Shown in pieces: positions 10,693-20,511 of a stretch of DNA of 64,000 nt. The number at the start of each line of letters is the position of its first letter. Within the stretch, counting starts at the first letter, position 1. The translations under genes and the position numbers were made by a program. The DNA lies in contig OZ220733.1 of assembly GCA_965116875.1 (NCBI GenBank), forward strand, positions 1,184,001 to 1,248,000, written 5' to 3'. The notes under the pieces are model-generated. The model was not told the DNA's origin. It saw only the letters and a program-made list of their open reading frames with translations, and ran no database searches. This DNA comes from Candidatus Latescibacterota bacterium. GTDB taxonomy: Bacteria > Latescibacterota > UBA2968 > GCA-2709665.

Positions 10693-11757
10693 ATGGAAAC
10701 GCGAACTTTTCGTGGAAGTCCCGCCGAGATCGGGAAAGCCCAGGGCTCGATGAGCCCCGAGGCCGCGCGGGACTATCTGGAGTTCTGGCAGGCCCGCCCG
10801 CACGATTTCGAGAATGCCTACTTTCGAAAGAATATGGCGTTCATGCGTCGTGAGTTTCCGGATATGACCGATCAGATAGAGGCGTTCGGCGAAGCGGCGG
10901 GAATGGGGTCCTTCGACCACGCGTACTTCGGCCACATTCTCTGGACGGGGCCTGTGGGTGATGCCTGTTCCACGCTGGGAATCATCCTGCAGGATGACGG
11001 CCCCGCCATGCTGTCCACCAACGACGGCGGCACGGATACGGTTCCCGGGACGGTTTCCAATTCCGTTGTCTCGTTTTTCCCGGATACGAAACCGCATGGA
11101 ATGATGGGGTTCGGCACCAGGCGGCAGGTCACGCTCGGGATGGCCGTGAATGACGCCGGACTCGCGGTCGGCGCGAATTCAGGGCATCGGAAATTCAACT
11201 TCGTTTCGAATCCCGAACACCTGAATCTGTACTTCGTCGTTCACCTGCTGGCGCAGCACTGCGGCGACTGCGACGACGTCCGGCATTTCGTGGAACAGTA
11301 CCGGCTCTCCGGGCAGAAGGGGATGAACCTGGTCACGGTCGACGCAGGAGGGAATATACTGGGTCTGGAACTGGAATCGGAAAACGTCGCCATTTCGGAG
11401 GCGCAGGACGGGATGCTCCTGGAGGTCAACCACTGGCAGCATCCCAAACTTCAGAATCCGTCCCGTGAGGCAGACCCCGCTTTCTGGGACGGACCCTACT
11501 TTTACAACTCCCAGGCGCGCGTCATGTATTTCGCGCACTATCGGAACGTCTTCGCCCGGATGAAGACCCTGCAGGAACTGATCGATTTCTCGTTCGACGT
11601 CCACGCGCCCGGACGCATCCTGCAGACGCACGGTTTGAACGTGGGCGACCTGATCTCCTGCCAGGTCATGTTCGCAACCTCGAGAGATCGCAGGATGAGG
11701 CTTTACCTGCATCCGATCGAGAAAGACGACTACGAGGAGTTCGAATATCCAAATTGA
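10693..11757 (+). CDS. Peptidase C45-like Ntn-hydrolase (paralog 2)
   Basis: ACST nucleophile site, AVNDAGL, EVNHW; long identical stretches with 5058-6125. Confidence 0.72.
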   Translation: METRTFRGSPAEIGKAQGSMSPEAARDYLEFWQARPHDFENAYFRKNMAFMRREFPDMTDQIEAFGEAAGMGSFDHAYFGHILWTGPVGDACSTLGIILQDDGPAMLSTNDGGTDTVPGTVSNSVVSFFPDTKPHGMMGFGTRRQVTLGMAVNDAGLAVGANSGHRKFNFVSNPEHLNLYFVVHLLAQHCGDCDDVRHFVEQYRLSGQKGMNLVTVDAGGNILGLELESENVAISEAQDGMLLEVNHWQHPKLQNPSREADPAFWDGPYFYNSQARVMYFAHYRNVFARMKTLQELIDFSFDVHAPGRILQTHGLNVGDLISCQVMFATSRDRRMRLYLHPIEKDDYEEFEYPN

Positions 11758-11839
11758 CCACAGAGCGGAATGTCTGTACCTGTCGAAACGAGCTTGTTGA
11801 AGCTCCCGTGTTTTGGTGCCCTCGTTGACCCTTCGCCGA

Positions 11840-11858
11840 CCCTTCGACAGGCTCAGGG
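11840..11858. repeat. REP-like short palindromic element CCCTTCGACAGGCTCAGGG
   Basis: Matches a widespread intergenic REP-like motif; a degenerate opposite-orientation half (CCTGTCGAA) lies near 11779. Confidence 0.5.
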
Positions 11859-11898
11859 AGCGGCTCTGGGTCCCGGGCACTTGATATCCGAAGCCTGC

Positions 11899-11919
11899 AC
11901 TGTCGCATTTTGCGACAGT
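11899..11919. promoter_or_regulatory. Operator-like perfect palindrome ACTGTCGCA-ttt-TGCGACAGT
   Basis: 9-bp perfect inverted repeat in the intergenic region about 200 bp upstream of the outer-membrane protein gene. Confidence 0.4.
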
Positions 11920-12119
11920 ATTTGGGCTTTTGAATGAAGATGGCTATTGCGATACCGACGCAAATATCGTAGACTTTGATGTGAATTCGCCGTTTCACAA
12001 GGGCCACGCCGGTGGCAGGAAATTCCCGCCGGCGTTCAGGTACTTTTTTTCACCATTGTCCTCTACCTTTGCCCAACGCTGTCCGGCAAACCGCAGGACG
12101 TATCGAAAAGGAGCAGGAT

Positions 12120-13034
12120 TTGAGCCGCATAACGAGTAATTCGTACACGTACGTGAAGATAACGAACCTGAAGCTCATCTCACGTATGGTCCCCGTTCTC
12201 ACTGTGGCACTCGGTCTCCTTGTGCCCCAGGTCGCGTTCGGGGGCGCGTGGACTCTCGAAAAGGGCCAGGTCTGGAGCAAGATTACCGGCCTGTACCAGG
12301 CCACCGACGAACACTACGACAAGGATGGAGAACCGAGTGGGATCCCCGCGGATTATACTTCGCAGGAAGTGTATCTCGACGTGTACTACGGGGTGACCAA
12401 GCGCTTCGATCTCGGCGTTCAGTTTGGGGCGATCAATCGTAAGTTCGAGAATTTCACCTCGAACAGGCACAGAGAGATGTTCGGATACCGCGCAAAAGAA
12501 TCAGGTCTTGGCGATATCCGCGTCTTCGGCAAAGTCAACCTCGTTCATGAGCCCGTCGTGGGCACCCTGATGCTTGGGATCAAGGCGCCAACCGGGGATT
12601 TCCGCGCCGCGCCAGAGGCCATGTCCGCCGGCAACGGCCAGTGGGACGTCGAATTGATCGCGCAGATCGGCAAGTCCTACTGGCCCATCCCGATATACGC
12701 CAACGTCGACCTGGGATATCGCCTCAGAGAGACCAACGAGACCATTCACCACAACCCGGACGACGAGTTGATCTACAATCTCGAGATCGGCGCCAGCCCG
12801 GTTGAAATGTTGAACATAGCCCTCAAGCTGGAAGGGATATCGGGCTCGGGCCGGCGGGTCACCTATGCGATACCCACGGCGATCGTCAGCCTGCCGCAGG
12901 GCATCGCCCTCGAAGCCGCGGCGAGAGTGTCCGTGCTCGGCCGCGCCGACCCCTCGCTTGGGGCGCCGTATACGTTCTTCGCCGGCTCCACGTTCCTGGT
13001 CGGGATCTCGTACACCGGAAGCCTGATGGAGTAG
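12120..13034 (+). CDS. Exported, probably outer-membrane beta-barrel protein (MetA-pathway/transporter-like)
   Basis: Signal peptide ending ..VAFG/GAWT; SGLGDI and KAPTG motifs; alternating aromatic beta-strands; start uncertain (12120, 12153 or 12186). Confidence 0.6.
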   Translation: MSRITSNSYTYVKITNLKLISRMVPVLTVALGLLVPQVAFGGAWTLEKGQVWSKITGLYQATDEHYDKDGEPSGIPADYTSQEVYLDVYYGVTKRFDLGVQFGAINRKFENFTSNRHREMFGYRAKESGLGDIRVFGKVNLVHEPVVGTLMLGIKAPTGDFRAAPEAMSAGNGQWDVELIAQIGKSYWPIPIYANVDLGYRLRETNETIHHNPDDELIYNLEIGASPVEMLNIALKLEGISGSGRRVTYAIPTAIVSLPQGIALEAAARVSVLGRADPSLGAPYTFFAGSTFLVGISYTGSLME

Positions 13035-13088
13035 TCACACATTGAGGGAAATTAACTTTCCCAGTTGAGCAGAGTCGACACCCATACG

Positions 13089-13124
13089 ACAGGGGAAAGG
13101 GCGATCGCCCCTTCCCCTGTTTTC
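13089..13124 (+). terminator. Rho-independent terminator
   Basis: ACAGGGGAAAGGGCGATCGCCCCTTCCCCTGT hairpin followed by TTT, between convergent genes. Confidence 0.7.
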
Positions 13125-13253
13125 AATTCTCGAATTCAAACCGCAACAGCCAAAACGAAGCCGGATCAGACAAGGACGCAAAACTGTAACGCCTTGATTC
13201 TTTAAGGATGCAGCGCGCCGAACTTTATTTCCTTACTACGCCATCACTCCGCT

Positions 13254-13670
13254 TCAGACAAAGGGATCGACGAGTTTGACGCCGCTGGCATCGAAATCGC
13301 GACGGTTTCGGGTCGCAAGCGGCAATCCGTGAGTCAGTGCGGTGGCGGCAATGAGGCTGTCCTTGATCGGCATCGGCTTTCCCATATGACGGAGGTGCGC
13401 CAGCAGTTCCGCCCAGCGCAATCCGGTCTCGGCATCCCACGGGACGCAGTGAATGCGACGGGCGACGTCGTCAAACCAGTTCTCGAGCGTGCGACGCCGA
13501 TGCCCTCGCGGCAGCAGAAGGATCCCGAAGCGGATTTCTCCCAGGATCACGGGATCGACGGCCAGGTCGCGTTCGTTTCGCGCCAGCCAATCGACCACCC
13601 CCGGATCCGGTCTCGGCTGGGTCGCCTCGGACAGAACATTGGCGTCGACGAGAAACATCATGGTGGTCAT
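13254..13670 (-). CDS. vapC: Type II TA toxin VapC (PIN domain)
   Basis: Motifs FLVDANVLSE, GEIRFG, DSLIAATA, TRNRRDF; the ATG overlaps the antitoxin stop. Confidence 0.92.
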   Translation of the reverse strand: MTTMMFLVDANVLSEATQPRPDPGVVDWLARNERDLAVDPVILGEIRFGILLLPRGHRRRTLENWFDDVARRIHCVPWDAETGLRWAELLAHLRHMGKPMPIKDSLIAATALTHGLPLATRNRRDFDASGVKLVDPFV

Positions 13671-13900
13671 CCGAGCGAGTCGGTCGACTCCGATTCGATT
13701 GGCACAAACCAGCCTTTTTCGGGACACGCAAGGAGTGTGTCCACCAGCCCGAGGTTCCTCGGAGGGTTGGCAACGACCAGACGATATTCGCCTCTGTCCA
13801 CCCGTTCTATGGCAAACGACTGGCCCGGTTCGAGCTTGTCCTGATGGCGAAACTCGGCCGGAATGACAATCTGACCCCTGGTTGAGAGGACTGTTTTCAT
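13667..13900 (-). CDS. vapB: AbrB/MazE/SpoVT-family antitoxin
   Basis: MKTVLSTRGQIVIPAEFR swapped-hairpin motif directly upstream of vapC. Confidence 0.88.
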   Translation of the reverse strand: MKTVLSTRGQIVIPAEFRHQDKLEPGQSFAIERVDRGEYRLVVANPPRNLGLVDTLLACPEKGWFVPIESESTDSLG

Positions 13901-13940
13901 AGGAAGTAAGATAACGTCTTACATGGGTATTGTCAATACC
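13901..13940 (-). promoter_or_regulatory. sigma70 promoter of vapBC with two overlapping palindromes
   Basis: Minus strand TTGACA-N17-TATCTT-N7-ATG; palindromes GTAAGA-N5-TCTTAC (13906-13922) and GGTATTG-T-CAATACC (13926-13940). Confidence 0.7.
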
Positions 13941-14090
13941 AGCCCCTGCATAATCTGTCAGGGCAGTCTGATGCGCCATGTCGGACAACCGAGGAAGGAT
14001 ACCTGCTCTTTGAGAATCGTGGATGGCAGGGCCGTGCATCGGACATTAATGAAACCGAATTGCTCGAGAAGGGACGCCGTATTGACGCAG

Positions 14091-15179
14091 ATGCGGCAGG
14101 TAATCGGACTCTTCGGTTGTGTTCTATTGAGCGGACCGTTGTGGGCTGAGACACAGACGCCGGTTTCCAGGGTGTCATTATTGACGGAGAAACACCGCGG
14201 CGTCTGTTTCGTGGCCGGTCCGAGCCGCCCCGCGGATGCGGCTTTTGACCGCCTGGCCGCGCTGAACGTGAACTGGATATCCCAGACGCCGTTCGGGTGG
14301 CAGCGCAGCGCCGGCGACCCGGAGGTGGTCCTGGCGACTTCGGGACGCGTCTGGTGGGGGGAATCGGACGAGGGCCTGGCGGATGCGGCCCGCCGGGCGC
14401 GGAAGCGGGGCATCCGGACGATCCTGAAGCCACACGTGTGGATCCGGGACCGGAGCGACGGGCGATGGCGGGGAAATATCGATTTTTCCACCCTCGAGGA
14501 ATGGGACAGGTGGTGGGCGAGCTACCGGCGGTTTATCCTCCATTACGCCGAACTGGCGGAATCCACCGGCATGGAGGCGCTGTGTATCGGAACGGAACTG
14601 CGCAGCGCCGTGTTGAACCGCCCCGAAGCGTGGCGCGGGCTGATTGCGGACGTGCGGGCGGTGTACGGGGGCGAACTCACCTATTCGGCCAACTGGTACC
14701 GGGAGTTCGAGGAAGTTCCGTTCTGGGACGAACTCGACTACATCGGTATTCAGGTCTACTTCCCGCTGGCGGACAGCGTCGCCGCCGCTTTGACGCTCGA
14801 CAAATTAAAGGATGCGTGGGCGCCCCATGGAACGCTGATCGAAGCAGTTCAGCAGCGCGTGGGCAAGCCGGTGCTCTTCACGGAGGTGGGTTACAGGAGT
14901 ACCGCGGATGCGGCCGTGGAACCGTGGGTCTGGCGATCCAACGCGCCGGTCGACCTCGAGCTGCAGGCGGCGTGTTACGAGGCGATGTTCCGGACGTTCT
15001 GGCGCAAGCCCTGGTTTGCAGGCACGCACGTCTGGAAATGGTTCCCTGAAGGGAGTACGCGTTTCGGAGGCCGGCGCGCGCGCCGCCACGCACTTCAAAG
15101 GGAACGGGGGTTCACGCCACAGGGCAAACCGGCGGAAGAGGTGCTTATGCGTTGGTACCGGGGGGAGCGAGAGAAGTGA
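14091..15179 (+). CDS. Glycoside hydrolase family 113 (beta-mannanase-like)
   Basis: Signal peptide; motifs ILKPH, CIGTEL, TYSANW, FWDELDYIG, FTEVGYRS, FTPQGKPAE; start estimated. Confidence 0.85.
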   Translation: MRQVIGLFGCVLLSGPLWAETQTPVSRVSLLTEKHRGVCFVAGPSRPADAAFDRLAALNVNWISQTPFGWQRSAGDPEVVLATSGRVWWGESDEGLADAARRARKRGIRTILKPHVWIRDRSDGRWRGNIDFSTLEEWDRWWASYRRFILHYAELAESTGMEALCIGTELRSAVLNRPEAWRGLIADVRAVYGGELTYSANWYREFEEVPFWDELDYIGIQVYFPLADSVAAALTLDKLKDAWAPHGTLIEAVQQRVGKPVLFTEVGYRSTADAAVEPWVWRSNAPVDLELQAACYEAMFRTFWRKPWFAGTHVWKWFPEGSTRFGGRRARRHALQRERGFTPQGKPAEEVLMRWYRGEREK

Positions 15180-15399
15180 AGGCGGTTCGACCTGCAAACC
15201 GGCAAATCCGTCGTGAACCGGGAAGTGGAAGCAATTTCACGCACTATCGCTCTGAAACTTGATGCACTCAAGTGATACCTCGATCGAAGGCTTGAAAGGG
15301 TGGAGCAGACATTCCTGTCTGCTCACGTGTATTAGGCCGTAGTCACCGAATTCCGTGCCGCGGAACCCCGTGACTTCCCATCGTCTCCCACACTGAAAC

Positions 15400-15570
15400 G
15401 GGGACGCCGCCATCCACTGGGTGCACTTTCGCCTGACTTCCGGACCGATGGATCCAACCGGACCATACGATGCCTGAATTCTGACGGAAATCGGAATCGG
15501 GTTTCTGCCATCCGGTGCCTTCTTTTCCAGATGGTAAGATCACCCACTCACCTACGGACAGGACCACACA
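15400..15570 (-). mobile_element. Degenerate IS3-family left end with truncated orfA
   Basis: Minus strand ...CCATCTGGAAAAGAAGG..ATG followed by MAETRFRFPSEFRHRMVRL, resembling IS3 OrfA N-termini (Y/FPxEFRxxMVxL); no orfB present. Confidence 0.5.
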
Positions 15571-15713
15571 ACGCCTTCAACATTAAAACGCCCAAGGCGA
15601 TATCGGATGTCGTCTCCTGCTTCTTGGATATCGACACCAGTTTGTTTAGATTCAAAGACTTCCACTTTTTCTACTTACATTCCAGCGCTGCCCGATGACC
15701 TGAAGGAGATGAA

Positions 15714-17915
15714 ATGAGTTCCGACAGAACAGGGACCGGCCACGCCATTTCGACCCCGGACCTATCTGCATCCCGCCCTGGCGCCACCGGCGGCAGGCTG
15801 AACATCAGCAACTTCATCTGGAGCATTGCTGATGATGTCCTGCGAGATGTGTTCGGTCGGGGCAAATACCGGGATGTGATCCTGCCAATGACGGTCATCC
15901 GCCGTCTCGATTCCGTCTTGGAACCTACGAAAGAAGCGGTACTCCAGATGAAAGCCCGGCTCGACGCGGCGGGAGTGACGAACCAGGACGCAGCGCTGCG
16001 CCAGGCATCCGGCGAGGCCTTTTACAACGCCTCACCGTTCAAACTCCGTGATCTGACGTCACGTGCCAGACAGCAGCAGTTACATGCCGACTTTGTGGCT
16101 TACCTCGATGGCTTCTCGCCCAACGTGGTGGAGGTCCTGGAGAGGTTCAAGTTCCGCAATCAGATTCCTGAATTGGTGGAGAACGATTTGCTCGGGTTTC
16201 TACTGGAGAAATTCCTTGATCCTTCGATCAACCTCAGCCCCAAACCGGTGTTAAACGCCGTTGGGTCCGTTCGTCTGGAAGCTCTCGACAACCACGGAAT
16301 GGGCACTGTGTTCGAAGAACTGATCCGTCGGTTCAACGAGGAAAACAACGAGGAGGCCGGAGAGCATTTTACCCCTCGTGACGTCGTACAGCTGATGGCG
16401 CGGTTGATTTTCATACCGGTTGCTGACAAGGTCAAATCAGGCACCTACCTTGTATATGACGGCGCCTGCGGAACCGGCGGGATGCTGACCGTCGCCGAAG
16501 AGACCCTCACCCGGCTTGCAGCCGAGGACGGCAAGGAGGTCTCCGTTCATCTGTATGGCCAGGAGATCAACCCGGAAACCTACGCCATCAGCAAAGCCGA
16601 CCTGATCCTCAAAGGTGAAGGGGTGGAGGCCGACAACATGCGTTATGGCTCGACGCTTGCCGCCGACGCCTTCCCCGCCAATGAGTTCGACTTCATGTTG
16701 TCCAATCCACCCTACGGCAAGAGTTGGAAAGGCGACCTGGAACGCATGGGCGGGAAGTCGGGTATCCGGGACCCCCGATTCATCGTTGAGCATGACGGAG
16801 ATCCGGAATACTCACTCATCACTCGCTCCAGCGACGGACAGATGATGTTTCTGGTCAATATGCTAAGCAAGATGAAACAGGACACACCGCTCGGGAGCCG
16901 TATTGCTGAGGTACACAACGGGAGTTCGCTGTTCACTGGCAACGCCGGTCAGGGCGAGAGCAACATCCGTCGATGGATTATCGAAAACGATTGGCTTGAA
17001 GCGATCGTGGCGCTACCGTTGAACATGTTCTACAACACCGGTATCGCCACTTATATCTGGGTGTTGACAAACCGCAAACCGGAGCATCGGCGCGGCAAGG
17101 TGCAACTCATCGACGCAACACAATGGTCGAAACCGTTGCGCAAGAATCTCGGCAATAAGAACTGCGAGTTGTCGGACGAGGATCTGACGCGTATCTGCGA
17201 TACTTTTCTCGGCTTTGAGGAAAGCGAGCAGTCCAGGATCTTCCCGAACGAGGCATTCGGTTACTGGAGGGTCACAGTTGATCGGCCCTTGCGGCTCTCC
17301 GTTGATCTGTCGGCGGACCATCGCGAACGCTTCCGGTCAACGTGTAGCGACGAAGACGAAGACCCGCTTGCTGACGTCATCGATCGTGTGGCGGCGGTGC
17401 TGGGCCACGGGCCTCACAGAGACTTCAACCGGTTTCTGGACGTCGTCGCAGATTACGCACGCGAGTGCGGCCTGAAGCTGACAGCCGGACGCAAAAAGTT
17501 GATTCAGACTGTCCTTGCATCCCGCGACGATACGGCCGAGCCCGTGATCAAGAAAATCCATCGTACAGGAAACGTGGAAGCGGACCCCATCTGTGGGCTA
17601 TTCCAGGCCACATTAAACGGTCGGAGTCGCGTTGTCGAGTACGAACCCGATACCGAACTGAGAGACACCGAGCAGGTGGCTCTTCTCGAAGACGGCGGCA
17701 TCGAAAGTTTCCTGCGCCGGGAGGTGTTACCCTATGCGCCCGATGCCTGGTACGTCCCGGGCAGTGTCAAGGTCGGATACGAAGTCAGCTTCACGCGCTA
17801 CTTCTACAAACCGCAGCCAATGCGCACGCTGGAAGAAATACGCGCTGACATTCTGTCGCTGGAGAAGGAGACCGAGGGACTATTGGAGGAAATCCTCGGA
17901 GCTGCGGCCGAATAG
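15714..17915 (+). CDS. hsdM: Type I R-M methyltransferase subunit (N6-adenine)
   Basis: Motifs FIWSIADDVLR, AGEHFTPRDVV, motif I YDGACGTGGML, motif IV NPPY, FYNTGIATY. Confidence 0.96.
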   Translation: MSSDRTGTGHAISTPDLSASRPGATGGRLNISNFIWSIADDVLRDVFGRGKYRDVILPMTVIRRLDSVLEPTKEAVLQMKARLDAAGVTNQDAALRQASGEAFYNASPFKLRDLTSRARQQQLHADFVAYLDGFSPNVVEVLERFKFRNQIPELVENDLLGFLLEKFLDPSINLSPKPVLNAVGSVRLEALDNHGMGTVFEELIRRFNEENNEEAGEHFTPRDVVQLMARLIFIPVADKVKSGTYLVYDGACGTGGMLTVAEETLTRLAAEDGKEVSVHLYGQEINPETYAISKADLILKGEGVEADNMRYGSTLAADAFPANEFDFMLSNPPYGKSWKGDLERMGGKSGIRDPRFIVEHDGDPEYSLITRSSDGQMMFLVNMLSKMKQDTPLGSRIAEVHNGSSLFTGNAGQGESNIRRWIIENDWLEAIVALPLNMFYNTGIATYIWVLTNRKPEHRRGKVQLIDATQWSKPLRKNLGNKNCELSDEDLTRICDTFLGFEESEQSRIFPNEAFGYWRVTVDRPLRLSVDLSADHRERFRSTCSDEDEDPLADVIDRVAAVLGHGPHRDFNRFLDVVADYARECGLKLTAGRKKLIQTVLASRDDTAEPVIKKIHRTGNVEADPICGLFQATLNGRSRVVEYEPDTELRDTEQVALLEDGGIESFLRREVLPYAPDAWYVPGSVKVGYEVSFTRYFYKPQPMRTLEEIRADILSLEKETEGLLEEILGAAAE

Positions 17916-18043
17916 CTTCGCTTTCGGGCGCAGCTCTTTACAAGGGGTGGCTTCTTACCCATATTAGATACGGCCACAAAAAATAAGAGAGTGACCCGCT
18001 GCTCGGTATATTCGGGCGAGATGTACTACAATGGAGACATTGC

Positions 18044-18982
18044 ATGACTCCTGACTTAGCAAATATCCAAAAACTTCTTCTGCAACTCAGCGAAAATGGG
18101 TTGGCGTTTTTTTCGGGGATTGAGAAACTGAATGATGAACGCTTCAGAACCAACCACTACGAAGCCGATTACTACTGGATAAAACTGGATAATTCGACTC
18201 GCCAAGCATCCATCAAACTTCAATCTGACTTGCTACAGATTATTAATCTAATTGCCAATTGCATGAAGCAGGCGTCATTGTTGACCGAGGCGGACAGGAG
18301 GGACTTGGGTACCTGGACCAAAACTGTCCGTGCATCTTTACGGTTGAGACGGTACCGCTATTGGGATGCCGAGTTGCTGCATGACGAGGGTACAGTACTG
18401 GGTATTCAGCAAGCTGGCCAATCCGATACGGATCCTGTCCCGCCGGACGAGGCCTGTCGCGAATTTGAAAGTGGTATTTCAAATTTGATTGGATTGGTCG
18501 ACATTCTCGACATTTCTCCTACCCTTTCTGCAGATGAGTACCGAGTCAATCCACAAGCTACCGCTGAGTACGAACCAGATTCAGCATTTGTAATGATGCA
18601 AATCGATCCAGATATTCCAGAATTGGAGGATTGCTACAACACGATCAAGGATTGTTTCGCTCGGTTTGGGATCAATGCAATCAGGGCTGATGAAATCGAA
18701 CATGAAGACGTAATTACGGAAAAGATCAGGGAAAAAATCAGAACATCGGAGTTTCTAATCGCAGATTTGACTGGCGAACGGCCAAGTGTCTATTACGAAA
18801 TTGGATACGCACATGCGCTAAGCCGGAAGGTGATAATGTATCGCGATAGGAGCAGTAAACTGCATTTCGACCTTGCGGGATACAATTGCCCCGAATACAC
18901 CAATTTGTCTGACCTAAGGAGAAAGTTAATGCGTCGCATCGAACAAATGACAAACCGGAAGCCACAGATTGTCGGCCCATAA
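18044..18982 (+). CDS. Protein with C-terminal nucleoside 2-deoxyribosyltransferase/TIR-like domain
   Basis: AFVMM...IRAD...IADLTGERPSVYYEIGYAHAL...FDL signature; the N-terminal ~175 aa are unassigned. Confidence 0.7.
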   Translation: MTPDLANIQKLLLQLSENGLAFFSGIEKLNDERFRTNHYEADYYWIKLDNSTRQASIKLQSDLLQIINLIANCMKQASLLTEADRRDLGTWTKTVRASLRLRRYRYWDAELLHDEGTVLGIQQAGQSDTDPVPPDEACREFESGISNLIGLVDILDISPTLSADEYRVNPQATAEYEPDSAFVMMQIDPDIPELEDCYNTIKDCFARFGINAIRADEIEHEDVITEKIREKIRTSEFLIADLTGERPSVYYEIGYAHALSRKVIMYRDRSSKLHFDLAGYNCPEYTNLSDLRRKLMRRIEQMTNRKPQIVGP

Positions 18983-19285
18983 TGTATCCGCAACAAGGCA
19001 CCGCCTTCAGTCTGTTTAGGTGCCCCTCTGTCACACTGGGCGTTCGATAAGACGGATACCGATTGTTGGAGTGCGATTGTTGATTTCTGTGGAGGGTGGA
19101 ATATCCGGACGCGAACCTCTGGGTTTTACGGCATGTCGTCTATGAATTGCGAGGACTATTGGGAGCGGTATACATAGAGAAAATGCGAAGTGCGCACTTG
19201 GGCTATTTCAGTCGAATGACCACAATTCTAGAGCAATTCGCCTTTCTCAGTATTTTGAATCTTGTGGCACGCAAGGGAGATCGCA

Positions 19286-20266
19286 ATGTGTATACGTACT
19301 GATGACAGAGATATTCAAGCCAGGCAGCCTGTCAGGGTCCTTGAGCACGACCTCCCCGCGTGGTTTGAATGCAAGTACCCAAATTTCAGACAAGAACTTA
19401 AGGCAAAATGTCAGCATCATCCCAACGCCGGCCTGATCAAGTACAATATCGATGAGATCCCGGTAAGGTGTGCCTTGCCTTTTGTGAAACGGGACGGAGA
19501 AATAGTGCTATACGAGGTGTTTCTGTCGTATATATGGGCTTTATGCTATGCCTTTTTGGTCATCTTCGATGAATCAATACATGGACCACGGGCTGGAATA
19601 CAGCCTGCTCATGGGATGGGACTAGGCCGTTTCCTCGATGGAGCCAACAAGCTATTTGATTATGGTCTAAGTCTGTTGGATGCTTTTCAATCGTGGCCCA
19701 AGGAATTACCTAGTCCCGAAACCTGCAACGATGTTAACACCTATTATGTTGAAAAGGCGAATGGGATATACTTAGCTGCGGCTGATTTCATTTTATGCCA
19801 CGAGTTTGCACACATTGCTTGCGGTCATTTCGATAAGACGAACGATACCCCCCGTAAAATACTAGAACGGGAGGCGGATCTTATCGCTTTGGATTGGGTC
19901 ATGAATGGCATCCGAGAACCGGAGCGACCTCAAACAACAGTAGCCTTCGGGGCAGTCGCTGGTCTTGGATCCTTGATCTTTCTCGGTCGACGCTTGACCT
20001 CACGCACACATCCAGACATAGATGAACGAATTGCTAATGTCATGACAAGATTCCCCATTGAAGATCGAGATAATCTTTGGGGTATCGCGACGGTCTTCTT
20101 TTTTTTGTGGAAGGAACGCTTTAAGGTGAGTTTGAAATTCGCGAACGAATATGATACCTACAGGGTGTTGTTTGAAGATATTATACGCCAACTCCAGCCC
20201 CTGAAGGGAAACAGTTCCCAAGACCGGAGATTCGATAGTTTGATCACAGTTCGGCAATTGGACTGA
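19286..20266 (+). CDS. Lit-like (peptidase U49) phage-exclusion metallopeptidase
   Basis: Motifs FLSYIW, FILCHEFAH (HEXXH), EREAD, THP; located in a defence island. Confidence 0.72.
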   Translation: MCIRTDDRDIQARQPVRVLEHDLPAWFECKYPNFRQELKAKCQHHPNAGLIKYNIDEIPVRCALPFVKRDGEIVLYEVFLSYIWALCYAFLVIFDESIHGPRAGIQPAHGMGLGRFLDGANKLFDYGLSLLDAFQSWPKELPSPETCNDVNTYYVEKANGIYLAAADFILCHEFAHIACGHFDKTNDTPRKILEREADLIALDWVMNGIREPERPQTTVAFGAVAGLGSLIFLGRRLTSRTHPDIDERIANVMTRFPIEDRDNLWGIATVFFFLWKERFKVSLKFANEYDTYRVLFEDIIRQLQPLKGNSSQDRRFDSLITVRQLD

Positions 20267-20511
20267 AATAGACATTTCCATGTTCGGTAAACAGGCCTAC
20301 GAATTGATTCCTGTCAATTCAGAAAGATGTTGTGACACTGTTTGCAAATATCCAAAGCGAAATATTATATCGCGAATACTGCGAGATCTAATTGCGCAAC
20401 ATAGCAGGAATCAAAATCAAGGCGCGGTGTCAAAGTCTCGGTAAATACGATGATACTTGCGTTGCGTTGCGCTGCCCGTCCTTCGATGTGTCGTAGATTT
20501 AGGAATTCGAA

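Noticed and set aside
13120-13210. Possible third copy of the 203-bp repeat
   Set aside because: Only a few short words match (CAATTC, CCGCAAC); there is no colinear alignment.
19096-19302. 68-aa ORF between the NDT-like and Lit-like genes
   Set aside because: GTG start, no motif, and it overlaps the Lit RBS; cannot be supported.
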